64,000 nucleotides of DNA. Source: Candidatus Midichloria sp. Lineage in GTDB: Bacteria > Pseudomonadota > Alphaproteobacteria > Rickettsiales > Midichloriaceae. Within the stretch, counting starts at the first letter, position 1. Each line of letters begins with the position of its first letter. Both the position numbers and the translations under genes were made by a program. The notes under the pieces were generated by a model. The model searched no databases, was not told where the DNA came from, and saw only the letters and a program-made list of their open reading frames with translations. The DNA is taken from assembly GCA_030060845.1 (NCBI GenBank), contig CP094379.1:67737-131736 (forward strand). The letters are read 5' to 3'. Below, in pieces: positions 10,531 through 21,816 of this stretch.

Positions 10531-10953
10531 TTATGTGTACCATTATCAGAGGTGGAGGCCCGTATTTTCTGCACATTAACTCATTATTGGATTAATTAAA
10601 GCGATTATCTATGGCGAATATGGACTTGAATACCAAAATGAGACTTTAGCCACAAGCTGTTGTAGATAATACAATGAAATACTTCCTTGATGTTGTGCAG
10701 TTCTGGAAAAATCATTGATTGTACTAATGAAGAGTCATGTAGCGAAACTATTAACAATCTGGATGTGGAATTTATGTATCTCTGATAACTTGATATTATG
10801 AGTAGTGTTGAAAATGTGGCAGCTTACTTAAGCTGCTAAAGCAGCATATGCTGATTGCATTTCGTGTATAAGGAATTAGTAAAAGTTGAGCCACCCGCAC
10901 TTCTTCATTTATAAACAGTATATTCTTTACATAAATTAATTTTCATTACCGCC

Positions 10954-10981
10954 CTTGCAGATCACTATAGCTTGAACTATA
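10954..10981 (+). promoter_or_regulatory. Putative RpoH (sigma32) promoter of dnaK
   Basis: CTTG-N17-ACTATAT, close to the alphaproteobacterial CTTG-N17/18-CYTATNT consensus, 35 nt upstream of the dnaK ATG. Confidence 0.35.
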
Positions 10982-11016
10982 TGAGCAGTTAAGCAATTAT
11001 TAATTTGGTAATAAAC

Positions 11017-12909
11017 ATGAGTAAAATCATAGGAATAGATTTAGGAACAACAAACTCTTGTGTAGCTATCATGGATGGGAAAAATCCAAGAGTTATTGAA
11101 AATGCTGAGGGTGCAAGAACAACCCCTTCGATAGTAGCATTTACTGAGGGCGGCGATAGATTAGTCGGTCAAGCGGCAAAAAGACAAGCTGTAACTAATC
11201 CTCAAAATACAATTTTTTCAAGTAAGAGGTTAATGGGGCTAGCCTTTTCTGATCATAAAACAAGTGAGCTTGTGGCCAAATCTCCTTATAAAATAGCAAA
11301 AGCAAAAAATGGTGATGCTTGGATTGACATTAAAGGTGAACTAATGGCTCCTAGTCAAATCGGTGCCATGGTCTTACAAAAAATGAAAGAATCTGCTGAG
11401 AATTTCTTAGGAGAAAAAGTCACTAAAGCAGTAATTACAGTACCTGCATATTTTAATGACGCACAGCGCCAAGCTACAAAAGATGCTGGTAAAATAGCTG
11501 GTCTTGAGGTGTTGCGAATTATAAATGAGCCAACAGCAGCAGCGCTTGCATATGGACTTGATAAAGCTGGCAGTAGAACAATTGCTGTATATGACTTAGG
11601 TGGCGGTACTTTTGATATTTCTATTTTGGAAATTGGTGATGGGGTCTTTGAAGTAAAATCAACAAATGGTGATACATTTTTAGGTGGTGAAGACTTTGAT
11701 CAACGTATTTTGGATTATTTAGTAAAAGAATTTAAAGCAAGTTCTGGCATAGATTTAATGAAGGATCCTCTTGCATTACAGAGACTAAAAGAAGCTGCTG
11801 AAAAAGCCAAAATAGAGCTTTCAACCAGTATGGAAACAGAAATCAATTTACCTTATATTACAGCGGATGCAAGTGGTCCTAAACACTTAAATATTAAAAT
11901 GACAAGATCTAAATCAGAGAGCTTGGTTGATGATTTGATAGAAAAAACTATTCAGCCTTGTAAGGCGGCATTAAAAGATGCAGGTTTAGATGCAAGCAAA
12001 ATTGATGATGTAGTACTTGTTGGTGGGATGACGAGAATGCCAAAAGTTATACAAAAAGTTAAGGACTTTTTCGGTAAAGAGCCTCATAAAGGTGTGAACC
12101 CTGACGAAGTTGTTGCAATAGGAGCTGCAATTCAAGGAGCAGTTTTAAGTGGCGATGTGAAGGATGTGGTATTGCTTGATGTTACGCCTCTTTCCATTGG
12201 TATTGAAACTCTTGGTGGGGTATTTACTCCACTTATTGAAAGAAATACAACAATACCAACTAAGAAGTCACAGATTTTCTCAACTGCTGAGGACAATCAA
12301 AATGCAGTAACAATTAGAGTATTCCAAGGCGAGCGTAAAGTAGCATCTGCTAATAAATTTTTAGGTCAATTTAACCTAGAAGGGATAGCACCAGCGCCTC
12401 GGGGCTTGCCTCAAATTGAAGTGGCTTTTGATGTTGATGCAAACGGTATATTACATGTATCTGCTAAGGATAAAGCAACTGGTAAGGAGCAAAAAATTAC
12501 CATTCAATCTTCAGGGGGATTAAGTGATGAGGAGATCAATAAAATGGTTAAAGATGCTGAAGAAAATGCCAGTGCAGATGAAGCTAAGAAGATATTAATA
12601 GAAACAAAAAACCATGCTGATTCTATGATTTATTCCACTGAAAAAAGTTTAAAAGAGCATGGAAATAAAATACCAGCTCCAGATAAGGCTGCAATTGAAG
12701 ATGTGATTAAATCTCTTAAGGAAGCTATGGAAGGGGAAGATGTTGATTTTATTAAACAAAAAACCGAAAATTTAACTGAATTTGCGGTCAAAATAGGGCA
12801 GTATGTATATTCTCAAGAACAACAAGGCGGTGCTGAACAAAATTCTTCTGCAAGTCCTCAGGAAAAAGTTGTTGATGCTGAATATGAAGATTTAAATGAT
12901 AAAAAATAA
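11017..12909 (+). CDS. dnaK: Chaperone DnaK (Hsp70)
   Basis: [40 protein letters not shown] at 11017. Confidence 0.99.
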   Translation: MSKIIGIDLGTTNSCVAIMDGKNPRVIENAEGARTTPSIVAFTEGGDRLVGQAAKRQAVTNPQNTIFSSKRLMGLAFSDHKTSELVAKSPYKIAKAKNGDAWIDIKGELMAPSQIGAMVLQKMKESAENFLGEKVTKAVITVPAYFNDAQRQATKDAGKIAGLEVLRIINEPTAAALAYGLDKAGSRTIAVYDLGGGTFDISILEIGDGVFEVKSTNGDTFLGGEDFDQRILDYLVKEFKASSGIDLMKDPLALQRLKEAAEKAKIELSTSMETEINLPYITADASGPKHLNIKMTRSKSESLVDDLIEKTIQPCKAALKDAGLDASKIDDVVLVGGMTRMPKVIQKVKDFFGKEPHKGVNPDEVVAIGAAIQGAVLSGDVKDVVLLDVTPLSIGIETLGGVFTPLIERNTTIPTKKSQIFSTAEDNQNAVTIRVFQGERKVASANKFLGQFNLEGIAPAPRGLPQIEVAFDVDANGILHVSAKDKATGKEQKITIQSSGGLSDEEINKMVKDAEENASADEAKKILIETKNHADSMIYSTEKSLKEHGNKIPAPDKAAIEDVIKSLKEAMEGEDVDFIKQKTENLTEFAVKIGQYVYSQEQQGGAEQNSSASPQEKVVDAEYEDLNDKK

Positions 12910-13050
12910 TTTATGAAATATACTCCCTGGTTCTGTGGTATAACATAAGCTGGGGGAGATGTTTTAAATTTTGATTTCAAAAACATAAAAATTAAATTGT
13001 GGTTATTTATTAAAAACAATACCATGGATCTATAAGGGATTTCCATACGT

Positions 13051-13323
13051 ATGAAAAAATTTGAGGTGCTCTGCTTTTTTGGAGGAAAGAAATCTATGAT
13101 GCTGCTCTATATAGGAAATCCTGAACCTAGCCATAATCCAATCCACTTCCAAACTGATTGACTTAGTAAAGAGCGCAGCAGGCAGGTTCCTTCTCAAATA
13201 ATAGAAAATTTGATAAAAGTACAAAAACTTGCAATGGATAATGGTGTTGAATTTGAAGAGTTATGCCATTATGCACTCGAAGCTGCCAATAATAGGCTTA
13301 AACAAGAAAGTGAAGATAAGTAG
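13051..13323 (+). pseudogene. DUF2610-family protein with a single in-frame TGA
   Basis: MKKFEVLCFFGGKKSMMLLYIGNPEPSHNPIHFQTD*LSKERS...VEFEELCHYAL; TGA at 13159-13161 replaces the expected Trp; not in the ORF track. Confidence 0.75.
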
Positions 13324-13574
13324 AAGCATAGCGCCTGTGTCTTCTAATATAGGAGGTAATATACAAGCTCAGCCTTAGATGATACTCCTCTCCTGAGGCA
13401 GGACCTAATAATTTGAGCCTTGAATCACAGCACAGTAGCGAGTGAGGAAATAAAAATTAAAGACTTGGCTTTTTTCTATTCTCATATTCTCTTATTTACT
13501 CTTCATTCATAGACAATATATAAAAAGCTATTGCTTTCCGTAATAATTTCTGCATGCTCTGAGCTGTTACAGTA

Positions 13575-14403
13575 CAAACACAAGTTTAGGATAAGAGATT
13601 AGAAGAATGCTTCAAAAGAGGTGAATTAAAGATAGTTTTGTTAATATTATAAACATTAACACAAGCTAAGATATATACTAAGAAGTTTAGTGAAGCTCTA
13701 TGTTTTGTATGTTCAAAATTCATAGACTTTTTTAGAATATTAAACACTGATTCAACTAATGATCTTTTTTTAAGCAGTATTTTCTATTGCAAGTAAATGG
13801 TTTTCCATATCTTTCCTGATTTTTGTCAATAAACGTAATCCCTGATTATAAAGTTTAGTAAATAAATTCTTCAATAAGTATTCTTTACTGCCAAAGATTT
13901 TGCCTTTTGTAAAACCCTGAGGGATAGAGCAAGCTGTTGATATGTCACTACCGTTGCCTTTATTATTAATTGCAATACCATCCATAACTACTCATACTTA
14001 ATTTAGTTATATTGCCAAATACTCAGTTGTTGTTTGTATGGTTTCCATGGCATATTGCGGATGTAGTAAAATCAATGATACCTGTATAATCTCCCTTAAA
14101 TTAACTGTAACATTATGGTTAGCGGTAATATTAATCTTGATCATAATTGTATTGTTCTGTTGTAGCTTGGTAATTTGAAATATCCTCTATATCTACATGA
14201 TAAATGACATAGATAATAATTTTTAAAATCTTTGTAAGGTGATAAATAAAAGTATAGAATGATGATCAGTAATCCAGAAAACTTTAATTTTCCTTCTCCT
14301 TAACACTTTGTGAGTTGGTATTAATCTTCTTCTCTCTCATTCTTCTTATATCTGGCAGAAATTATCTAGGGTATAAAATGTAAGTTATGATACATCTCTT
14401 CAT
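13575..14403 (-). mobile_element. Degraded IS982-family element (Rickettsiales/Wolbachia type)
   Basis: Fragments MKRCII..LDNFCQIY, YFYLSPYKDFKNYY, LPSYNR, SSYGW, INNKG, KRSLVESVFNILK, FEHTKHRA. Confidence 0.85.
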
Positions 14404-14685
14404 GTTGAGTATATATTTCTTAAGCAAATCTATCTCAACACTTAGCTCCTGCAAAACTCTCTCTCCTCAAACTTGCTACTCTCTTCTTATCTTTAAATTG
14501 CCCTCTTGTTGGTTCAACTTCTTCTGTATCTTCTTCTAAGTGCTTCTACTTGTTGTTGAACGGACCGCCCCTCAGCTTTGGGCACAATCTCATGGTAAAG
14601 CAAGTTTCAACTGACTTTTATAAGATTCTGAAACTCTTTTTCTTTATCTTCAACTAGTATATTTCCTTCGTAAGCACCCAGAGAG

Positions 14686-14829
14686 TGTTAACAACCCTGA
14701 AGTTTTAATAAGAGATAAAGCAATAAATCCAAAGAAAGTAGTATCAAGCTTCGTACTTTATTCGTATCACAGCCTTTATTTTCATCTTCTTATACCAGCA
14801 CAATTTAGCATCTCCACCATCTCACTTGT
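14686..14829 (-). mobile_element. IS5-family 3' end fragment (internally deleted)
   Basis: Reverse complement matches the 3' part of the 14828-15361 copy and ends in the terminal repeat AGTGTTAACAACCCTG. Confidence 0.75.
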
Positions 14830-15361
14830 TAATAAACAGGTTGAAACAAGAAAGGATTGTGATATATTATCACCTAAAAAGGAAAAATGTTAGATCGCCT
14901 ATACCAAGTATCAGAAGATCCATTTAACAAAGATATATTATCTACTAATAGTAGAAAAATTTATTATGGCTGATTTTATACGCCTTAAAACAGAAGAAGA
15001 TATTGTATGTATTCAAGATTACAGGGGCAGCGCATTCTGATTGTAAGATGACAAGTGAGATGATGGAGATGCTAAATTGTGCTGATATAAAAAGATGGAA
15101 ATAAAGGCTTATGGTATGGATAAAGTACGAAGCTGGTTAAAGATAATGACATTGAGCTTGAGATACCTAATAAAAGGAATAAAAGAGTGAATTTTAGAGG
15201 TTGATAAAGACCATTTATTAAATGGAGGCATAGAAATAGAGAATTTATTTGGTAAAGTTAAAGAAAACCGTAGATTAGCTATGTGATTTGATAAACTTGA
15301 TGCTACTTTCTTTGGATTTATTGCTTTATCTCTTATTAGAACTTCAGAGTTGTTAACACTT
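14828..15361 (+). mobile_element. IS5-family element relic
   Basis: KWR-IENLFGKVKENRRLAM*FDKLDATFFGFIAL C-terminus; colinear with the 32985-33783 copy; ends in CAGAGTTGTTAACACTT. Confidence 0.8.
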
Positions 15362-15510
15362 CCTGAGCTCGTGTTTATAGAGTATATTTCTGACTTTACT
15401 TTTTCATGCTAAGTCTTTATAATTTGACTATACATCACTCGGTAGCTCATATAGGATTCACTACACTTTGCTCATACATTCAAATTAAAATACTTTAGCT
15501 ATAATTTAGA

Positions 15511-15876
15511 TTAAGAAATATTATCTATTAATTTCAGTATATTAGATTGCTTTTGAGTTATGGTATCTTCTATAAATCCAATTGTAGGTGCATGTTTTAA
15601 CTGAAGCTTACTGGCGATTAACTTTCTTATCTCTGTTGTTAGTGATTTTAAAATTTCTAAAACTACTTTAATTTTATCTTTATTGAGGCAATCTACATAA
15701 ATTGTAGCTATTTTCAAATCTGCAGTAATTTTTACGAAAGGAAATACCATCATTGTGTCTTCTAAATTAGGATGATAAATCTCTTGGATAACAAACGCCT
15801 TAGATACAACCTGTTGAATGGAGGAAGCAATAATAAGCTGTCTTTGTGTTGGTTGTTTAGAATATAGCAAATTCAT
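15511..15876 (-). CDS. rbfA: Ribosome-binding factor A
   Basis: RQLIIASSIQQ, VKITADLKIATIYV, LQLKHAPTIGFIED pattern and length. Confidence 0.85.
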   Translation of the reverse strand: MNLLYSKQPTQRQLIIASSIQQVVSKAFVIQEIYHPNLEDTMMVFPFVKITADLKIATIYVDCLNKDKIKVVLEILKSLTTEIRKLIASKLQLKHAPTIGFIEDTITQKQSNILKLIDNIS

Positions 15877-15896
15877 AAAAATTAGTTAATTATTGG

Positions 15897-16055
15897 TTAA
15901 TTTTTGATTTTATTACTTGAAGTATTTTTGGATGTATAAACAAAAACCTGTCCACAATATGGGCACTTTATGTGTTCATCTGTTCCTATTTCTAAATAAA
16001 TTTTAGGATGGCCATAATAAGGTCCGCCATCGCAACAAACATGTTTAGAATTCAC
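15897..16055 (-). CDS. Small zf-CHCC (NDUFS6-like) zinc-finger protein
   Basis: VCCDGG..YGHPKIYLEI.....IKCPYCG; GTG start at 16055, or ATG at 16090 with a frameshift in an A6 run; below the ORF-track cutoff. Confidence 0.75.
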   Translation of the reverse strand: MNSKHVCCDGGPYYGHPKIYLEIGTDEHIKCPYCGQVFVYTSKNTSSNKIKN

Positions 16056-16105
16056 AATATTTTTTCTACCATACTGGAATCTTTAGTCATAAATAAGTAC
16101 TTAAA

Positions 16106-16888
16106 TCAACTCTTCTTGTTTAAAAGATAAAAGTATTTTAAACCAAGTAAAGTTAAATTTGGTTCTATAAAGTCTATTTTTGAAGTTGAATCTTCCATTA
16201 ATACTGAAAGCCCACCAGTGGCAATCACCTTTAAAGGATATAGATATTCTTCTTTCATAGTATCTATCAACTTCTCAATCATACCAGTAAACCCGAAATA
16301 AGAGCCTGCAAGCATTGCTTTGGTTGTTGTAGTACCTAAAACCGTATTAGTTTTTTGAAAATTTAATGAGGGGAGTTGAGCTGCACTCTTTCTCATAGAT
16401 TGCAATATGGAGTTAAGGCCTGGCGCTATTGCAATTCCTAAATAATTTATCTTTGATTTATTATATTCGAGAAGGGAAAACGTAGTTGCTGTACCGAAAT
16501 CAACTATTAAGCAATGATCTTTAAATAATGCGGTTGCAGCTATTGCGTTGACAGCTAAATCAGACCCTAAATGCGGAGCTGGGACTCCTGCTATCAATAC
16601 ATTATGTTTGTCATGACTTACTATCATTGGACTTATCTTACAATATTTCTGAAAAAATCTTTGTACTCCAGACAATGCCATTGGCACTACACATGAAATT
16701 GCTGCAGAATCTATTTTTTCTATAGCTAGCTGATTTTGTATTAAAATCAGAATTAAGAATGCAAAAAATTCATCCTCAGTTCTAGTAATATCAGTTTTAA
16801 TTCTAGTTTGCAGTATTAACTCATCATCTTCAAAAAAACCAAATACTGTATTAGTATTTCCAATATCAACAACAACTAGCATATACAC
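16106..16888 (-). CDS. coaX: Type III pantothenate kinase
   Basis: VDIGNTNTVFG, LGSDL, IVDFGTATTF, IAPG, VIATGG. Confidence 0.95.
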   Translation of the reverse strand: MYMLVVVDIGNTNTVFGFFEDDELILQTRIKTDITRTEDEFFAFLILILIQNQLAIEKIDSAAISCVVPMALSGVQRFFQKYCKISPMIVSHDKHNVLIAGVPAPHLGSDLAVNAIAATALFKDHCLIVDFGTATTFSLLEYNKSKINYLGIAIAPGLNSILQSMRKSAAQLPSLNFQKTNTVLGTTTTKAMLAGSYFGFTGMIEKLIDTMKEEYLYPLKVIATGGLSVLMEDSTSKIDFIEPNLTLLGLKYFYLLNKKS

Positions 16889-16894
16889 TCCTTC

Positions 16895-17617
16895 TTATAA
16901 AAAAACGTCACCAGCACATAATAATTCAATCTTTTGATTTCTAAGCAGCTGAAGATTACCTTTATCATCAATCCCTAGGAAGATACCAGATTTCTCTTGA
17001 TCTTCAATCTTAATAACAATTCTTTTATTTAAATTAGCTGCTCTAGCTAACCAATGAACCTTAATTTTTTGAAAGCCAAATTGTTCCCAATGCGCAAAAA
17101 GCTCAAAAAATTCTTCTAGTACTACTTGTAACAGCACTTTGGGAGTAATAGGGTTGGGTAATGAACTAATATCAGCAATACCTATTGCGTTTAAGCCAGA
17201 TATAAATTTTTTAGACAAAATATTAATGCCTATTCCAACTAGAACAAACTTATTTTGATATCTTTCTAATAAGATGCCAGAAACTTTATGCTTTTCAACT
17301 AAAACGTCATTTACCCATTTATGCAATAAATGTGCAGCAGGAAAAAATCTTTTAATAGCATTACTAACTGCAATTGCAGCTATATAAGTAATCTGAGAAT
17401 GAGAAATTTCTTCAGTATTCGGACTAAGTATAATTGTGCAGGCCAAATCGCCTGGTTTACTGCTCCAAGTCCTTATATTTTTTGCTCTACCTTTGGTTTG
17501 TAAAGAAGTAAACACTACAGTGTTTGGATGAACCTTACTCATATATAGAAGATTTTTTGCTTCGGTCTGAGTACTATCCAGTTCATCATATTCAATAACT
17601 AAAAAATCTTTTTCCAT
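16895..17617 (-). CDS. birA: Biotin--protein ligase
   Basis: DSTQ, QTKGR, WSSKPG, KWVNDV, KVSGILLE, VGIGINI. Confidence 0.92.
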   Translation of the reverse strand: MEKDFLVIEYDELDSTQTEAKNLLYMSKVHPNTVVFTSLQTKGRAKNIRTWSSKPGDLACTIILSPNTEEISHSQITYIAAIAVSNAIKRFFPAAHLLHKWVNDVLVEKHKVSGILLERYQNKFVLVGIGINILSKKFISGLNAIGIADISSLPNPITPKVLLQVVLEEFFELFAHWEQFGFQKIKVHWLARAANLNKRIVIKIEDQEKSGIFLGIDDKGNLQLLRNQKIELLCAGDVFL

Positions 17618-17699
17618 ATCTACTAAATGGTTCCAGATAATTTTAGTAAAATACGCCTAACACTCCTTATTTTATCATAATGAGTGGCAGTAGACCTAA

Positions 17700-20235
17700 T
17701 CAAAAACAAAATCTCACTCATCAGGCTTTAATTTAGCTTTAATTCTCTTTCTAAAGCTATAACTTCCAACATATTTACACGAGTTGTGGCTTCATGGTAA
17801 TTTCAACCCTATCTACCATTCCCGCAGCAAACTTCTCACATTCTTCTTCTACTATATCAGCTATTTGTCTATATAACGAAAGTCTTAATGTGGCATCTTC
17901 TATATAATTTTCTAGGGTCTGAATAAAGATGCCTAGTTAAGTACAGAGCTCCATTTCCTATTAGCCTCAAGCGCTTCACTTTCTTGCATTTGAGCTATAG
18001 TATATGCAAGCAGTATACGCAAGCATTTTTTGAAACTCTATTCCAACTTCTTTTATATGCCCTAATTGTTCCCTCACTTCTCCCAACCTCTCTTCGCATT
18101 TGATAAAGCTGAGAAAGGCTAAACACATGGACTTAATCAATTATTATGGCATTGGCGCTCATAATATTTAGGCTAGGCTCTATAATACTAGTGCTTAACA
18201 GGATATCAAGTTTATGATCATAAAAGTCATTCATAATTTGCTCCAGCTCGCTAAAAGTAAGAGAGCCATGAGCCTTCACTACTTTAAGTTCTGGAACTAG
18301 CTTTTGTAGTTGTTGATCAAGCTCATCTAAATAATTAATTCTTGGAGTAACATAAAAACTTAAGCTATTTCTTTGTTTTTTTAAGTAGTGCTTCCCTTAT
18401 AGTAAGAGTGTCATATGCTAGTACTTAAGTTTTAACTGGTTTTCGATTAATAGGAGAAGTTGTAATAATACTAAGGGATTTGAGGTTCACTAAAGCCATC
18501 AGCAATATTCTAGGTATTGGGGTTGCAGAAAGGGTGAGCATATGAATATTGTCCTTTAGATTTCTCAGCTTTTCTTTTTGTGCTGCTCCAAAATGCTGTT
18601 TCTCATCAATAATCAATAACCCCAAATTTTTAAAGTTAATCCTTAGAAGCAATGCATGGGTGCCAATATGATATCAATTTTACTGCCCTTTAATTCTATC
18701 CTTTATCTCACTAACTTCACTGAGCGAAGTAAATTTTGAAAGTTGTTTAATACTAACAGGAGAATCATTAAACATTTCTAAGAACATTATATAATGTTGT
18801 TTTGTAAGCAAAGTTGTTTGAACAATTACTGCGATTTAAACTGCAGCTCTTAATGCTACTTTTGTTTTACCAAAACCAACATCGGTGCATAGAAGTCTGT
18901 CCATAGGTTGACCTGATTTGAAATCTTCTATTATATCCTCAATAGCGCTTTCTTGGTCAGCGGTAGTAATGTAAGGAAAATTATCACTTTGATAATTTTC
19001 GCTGATAGATTCTAAAATAAGTCCGTGAGCAGTTAATCTTTTAGCAGCAGTTTTAATTAATGCTGAAGCCACTAGTTTTATTCTTTCTTTTAGCCTGACT
19101 TCTCTTGCCTGCCAGGCCACTCCACCTAATTTATCTAGAACTACATTTTGGTTTTCTTCACCTTCCACCTAGCGAAAAATTGTTTCTAATTCTCCACATG
19201 CAGATAAAGCTTGTCATTATCTGCATATAGAATTTCTATAAAATCAATGCGTATAGTATTTACCGACAATGTCTTTAATTCCTGAAATCTGGCTATTCCA
19301 TATGCATTAGGGGATCACCAATTTTTATGGAGATTAAAATTTTAGCTGCTGTACCTTCTCTTTTTTCTGTTCCTTGAAAGCTTGTCCTATAATATCTTTA
19401 TCTATAAAGAAAATGACTATTTCAGTGTCAAACCCATTTTCTATAGGCAGTATAGCAAGGCTTACAACGCTTTTTGATTTAAAATTTCTTTGTAAAAACC
19501 CTAGAGGATCTAATATTTTTAATGGTGGCAGCAAGTTGTATATTGGGTACAAAATTTATCTTTTATGCATCATATATATTAAAACCTTCAAGTGCTGTTG
19601 CTACATGACTCTCCTCTAAATAAAGCAAAGATAGCGCTATAGCATTATAAGATCTATCATTTTTTCGTGGAGTATAATTTTGGTTGATTAAAAGACAATA
19701 ATTGTTCAGAATTACTTTTAATTGATTGCTTTTGATAATTAGGGCATCTTTTGGAATATAATTAAATATACTCCTTAATTCTTTAAAAATAGAGGTAGCC
19801 AGTGTTCTGCACCGATATATTTTGAGCCCTTTATCAGCTCATAATATAATGAGTCGTCATTAATACCAAAAAACTGCAAATATTTTTCTTTAAAGTGATT
19901 TATTGTTTCATCGGTTATGATAACTTCACTAATTGGATATAGTGTTATTTCTTCTACTTTTTGTAAGGTAAGTTGGGTAGTAGTATCAAAGGTTTTTATG
20001 CTATCAATTTTTGAACCAAAAAATCTATTCTATATCCAATTTGTTATAGTTTATAGTATCAATTATGCTGCCTCTAACTGCAAAATCGCCTGCAGATTCT
20101 GCTACACTATTTCTGTTATAGCCAAAAGTCTCAGTTCCATAAGATTTACCAACTACTAAATTAAGTATATCAGCACTGAAGTAACCCAGTAGCGGCAATC
20201 TTTGAACTGAAGCCTCAACAATTGTAATTAGGACT
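17700..20235 (-). pseudogene. mfd: Transcription-repair coupling factor, multiply frameshifted and 5'-truncated
   Basis: [53 protein letters not shown] and TRCF-like YIEDATLRLSLYRQIA in different frames. Confidence 0.92.
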
Positions 20236-21684
20236 TTATTTTCTAGCATATAATTTACTGTTGAATTGTCCATAAAATAAATAGAACAACACAATAAAGC
20301 TAACCCAGATAAGGGCATAAAAGTAAGTAATAGTAGGAAGGCTTGACATAATTTGAAGCAGAATCAGCATCCCAGCAATTGGTATAATAGGCATAAATGG
20401 ACATCTAAAATTACGTTTTAAGTTTGGCTGACTATATCTTAAAAATAGAGCTGCAAAACAAACTATGGCAAAGGTGCCAATAATTCCAAAATTTGCTAAT
20501 GGTACTAGCGTATCTAATGATACTGTAGAACTTGCAATAGCAATCATGAAACCACAAATAATAGTTAGTATATGCGGTGTTTTATAATCTTTATGTAATT
20601 TAGAAAAAAAAGCAGGTAATAAGCCATCTTTTGATATCACGAACAATACTCTGATTAAGCCATAAAGCATTACTAAAACAACAGACGTAAGCCCTGCCGT
20701 TGCTCCAACTTTAGCTAATAAGGAAAACCAAGGTAAACCCATTTTATCAACAGCGATTGCAATTGGCTGCGCAACACCAAGCTCAGTATATTTTACTAGC
20801 CCCGTTAAAACTCCAGCTACCAAAACATAAGTCAATGTTGCAATAATTAGAGAGCCCAAAATTCCGATTGGTAAATCGCGTTGAGGATTTTTAGTTTCCT
20901 GGGCAGCAGTTGCAACAGCATCAAATCCATTATACGCAAAAAACACCATAGCAGATCCAGCTATAATACCAGAAATACCATATTGGCCAAATTTTCCTGT
21001 ATTTTTAGGTAAAAATGGTTCCCAATTAGTAGTATCAATATATATAGACCCAACTATAATAAACCCGAATAAAACTAACATTTTTAAGAAAACTATAACT
21101 GCATTTATAAATGCAGAGGTTTGAATACCTTTATGTAAAGTATAAGTTATTAACATCACAATAAAAAATGCTGGTAAATTGAATATAGCTTCTACTTGCG
21201 AGCTATTATCAAGGTTTACTATACAACCTGTAGTAGCAGAAAATTGAGCTGGTATATAAATGCCAAAGTCTGCTAACAAACTTTGAATATACCCAGACCA
21301 GCCACTAGCAACTGAAGCAATACTTAAAAAACTGCCTAAAGTCATAAAGCCTGCCATGATACAAGCTGCTAACTCTCCAAGAGTTGCGTAAATGTAAGTA
21401 TAGGCGCTCCCAGAAACAGGAATCATAGAAGATAGTTCTGCATAACAAAGTGCGGCACATACACACGCTAAGCCACTAATTGCAAAAGAGATAGTAACTG
21501 CAGGTCCTGCATAACGGCTTGCAGCTTCCCCGGCCAGAACAAAAATTCCAGCACCAACAATAGCGCCAATTCCAAATAAAATTAATTGAAAGGCATCAAG
21601 AGAACGAACTAAATCTTTCGACTCTTCAGCTTCACTTACAAGTTCATTAATTGACTTGCGTTTAAAATACTTTGATATATTCAT
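20236..21684 (-). CDS. APC-family (cationic) amino acid permease
   Basis: GIGAIVGAGIF, AGPAV, CYAELSSMIPVSGSAYTY, ETKNPQRDLPIGI; about 12 TM helices. Confidence 0.93.
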   Translation of the reverse strand: MNISKYFKRKSINELVSEAEESKDLVRSLDAFQLILFGIGAIVGAGIFVLAGEAASRYAGPAVTISFAISGLACVCAALCYAELSSMIPVSGSAYTYIYATLGELAACIMAGFMTLGSFLSIASVASGWSGYIQSLLADFGIYIPAQFSATTGCIVNLDNSSQVEAIFNLPAFFIVMLITYTLHKGIQTSAFINAVIVFLKMLVLFGFIIVGSIYIDTTNWEPFLPKNTGKFGQYGISGIIAGSAMVFFAYNGFDAVATAAQETKNPQRDLPIGILGSLIIATLTYVLVAGVLTGLVKYTELGVAQPIAIAVDKMGLPWFSLLAKVGATAGLTSVVLVMLYGLIRVLFVISKDGLLPAFFSKLHKDYKTPHILTIICGFMIAIASSTVSLDTLVPLANFGIIGTFAIVCFAALFLRYSQPNLKRNFRCPFMPIIPIAGMLILLQIMSSLPTITYFYALIWVSFIVLFYLFYGQFNSKLYARK

Positions 21685-21816
21685 TACGTATCCTATTAAT
21701 TGATGATATAAAGGAATGCTATAGATTATCAATCCGAATTTATCAACAATAAAATATCAAGTTAAGATTTTTTATGATTAATTCCGATAGTAAAATAGTA
21801 ATTTTAAAACAAAATT

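Noticed and set aside
10819-10836. Palindrome GCAGCTTA-CT-TAAGCTGC upstream of dnaK
   Set aside because: Single short copy in degraded DNA; does not match CIRCE (TTAGCACTC-N9-GAGTGCTAA)
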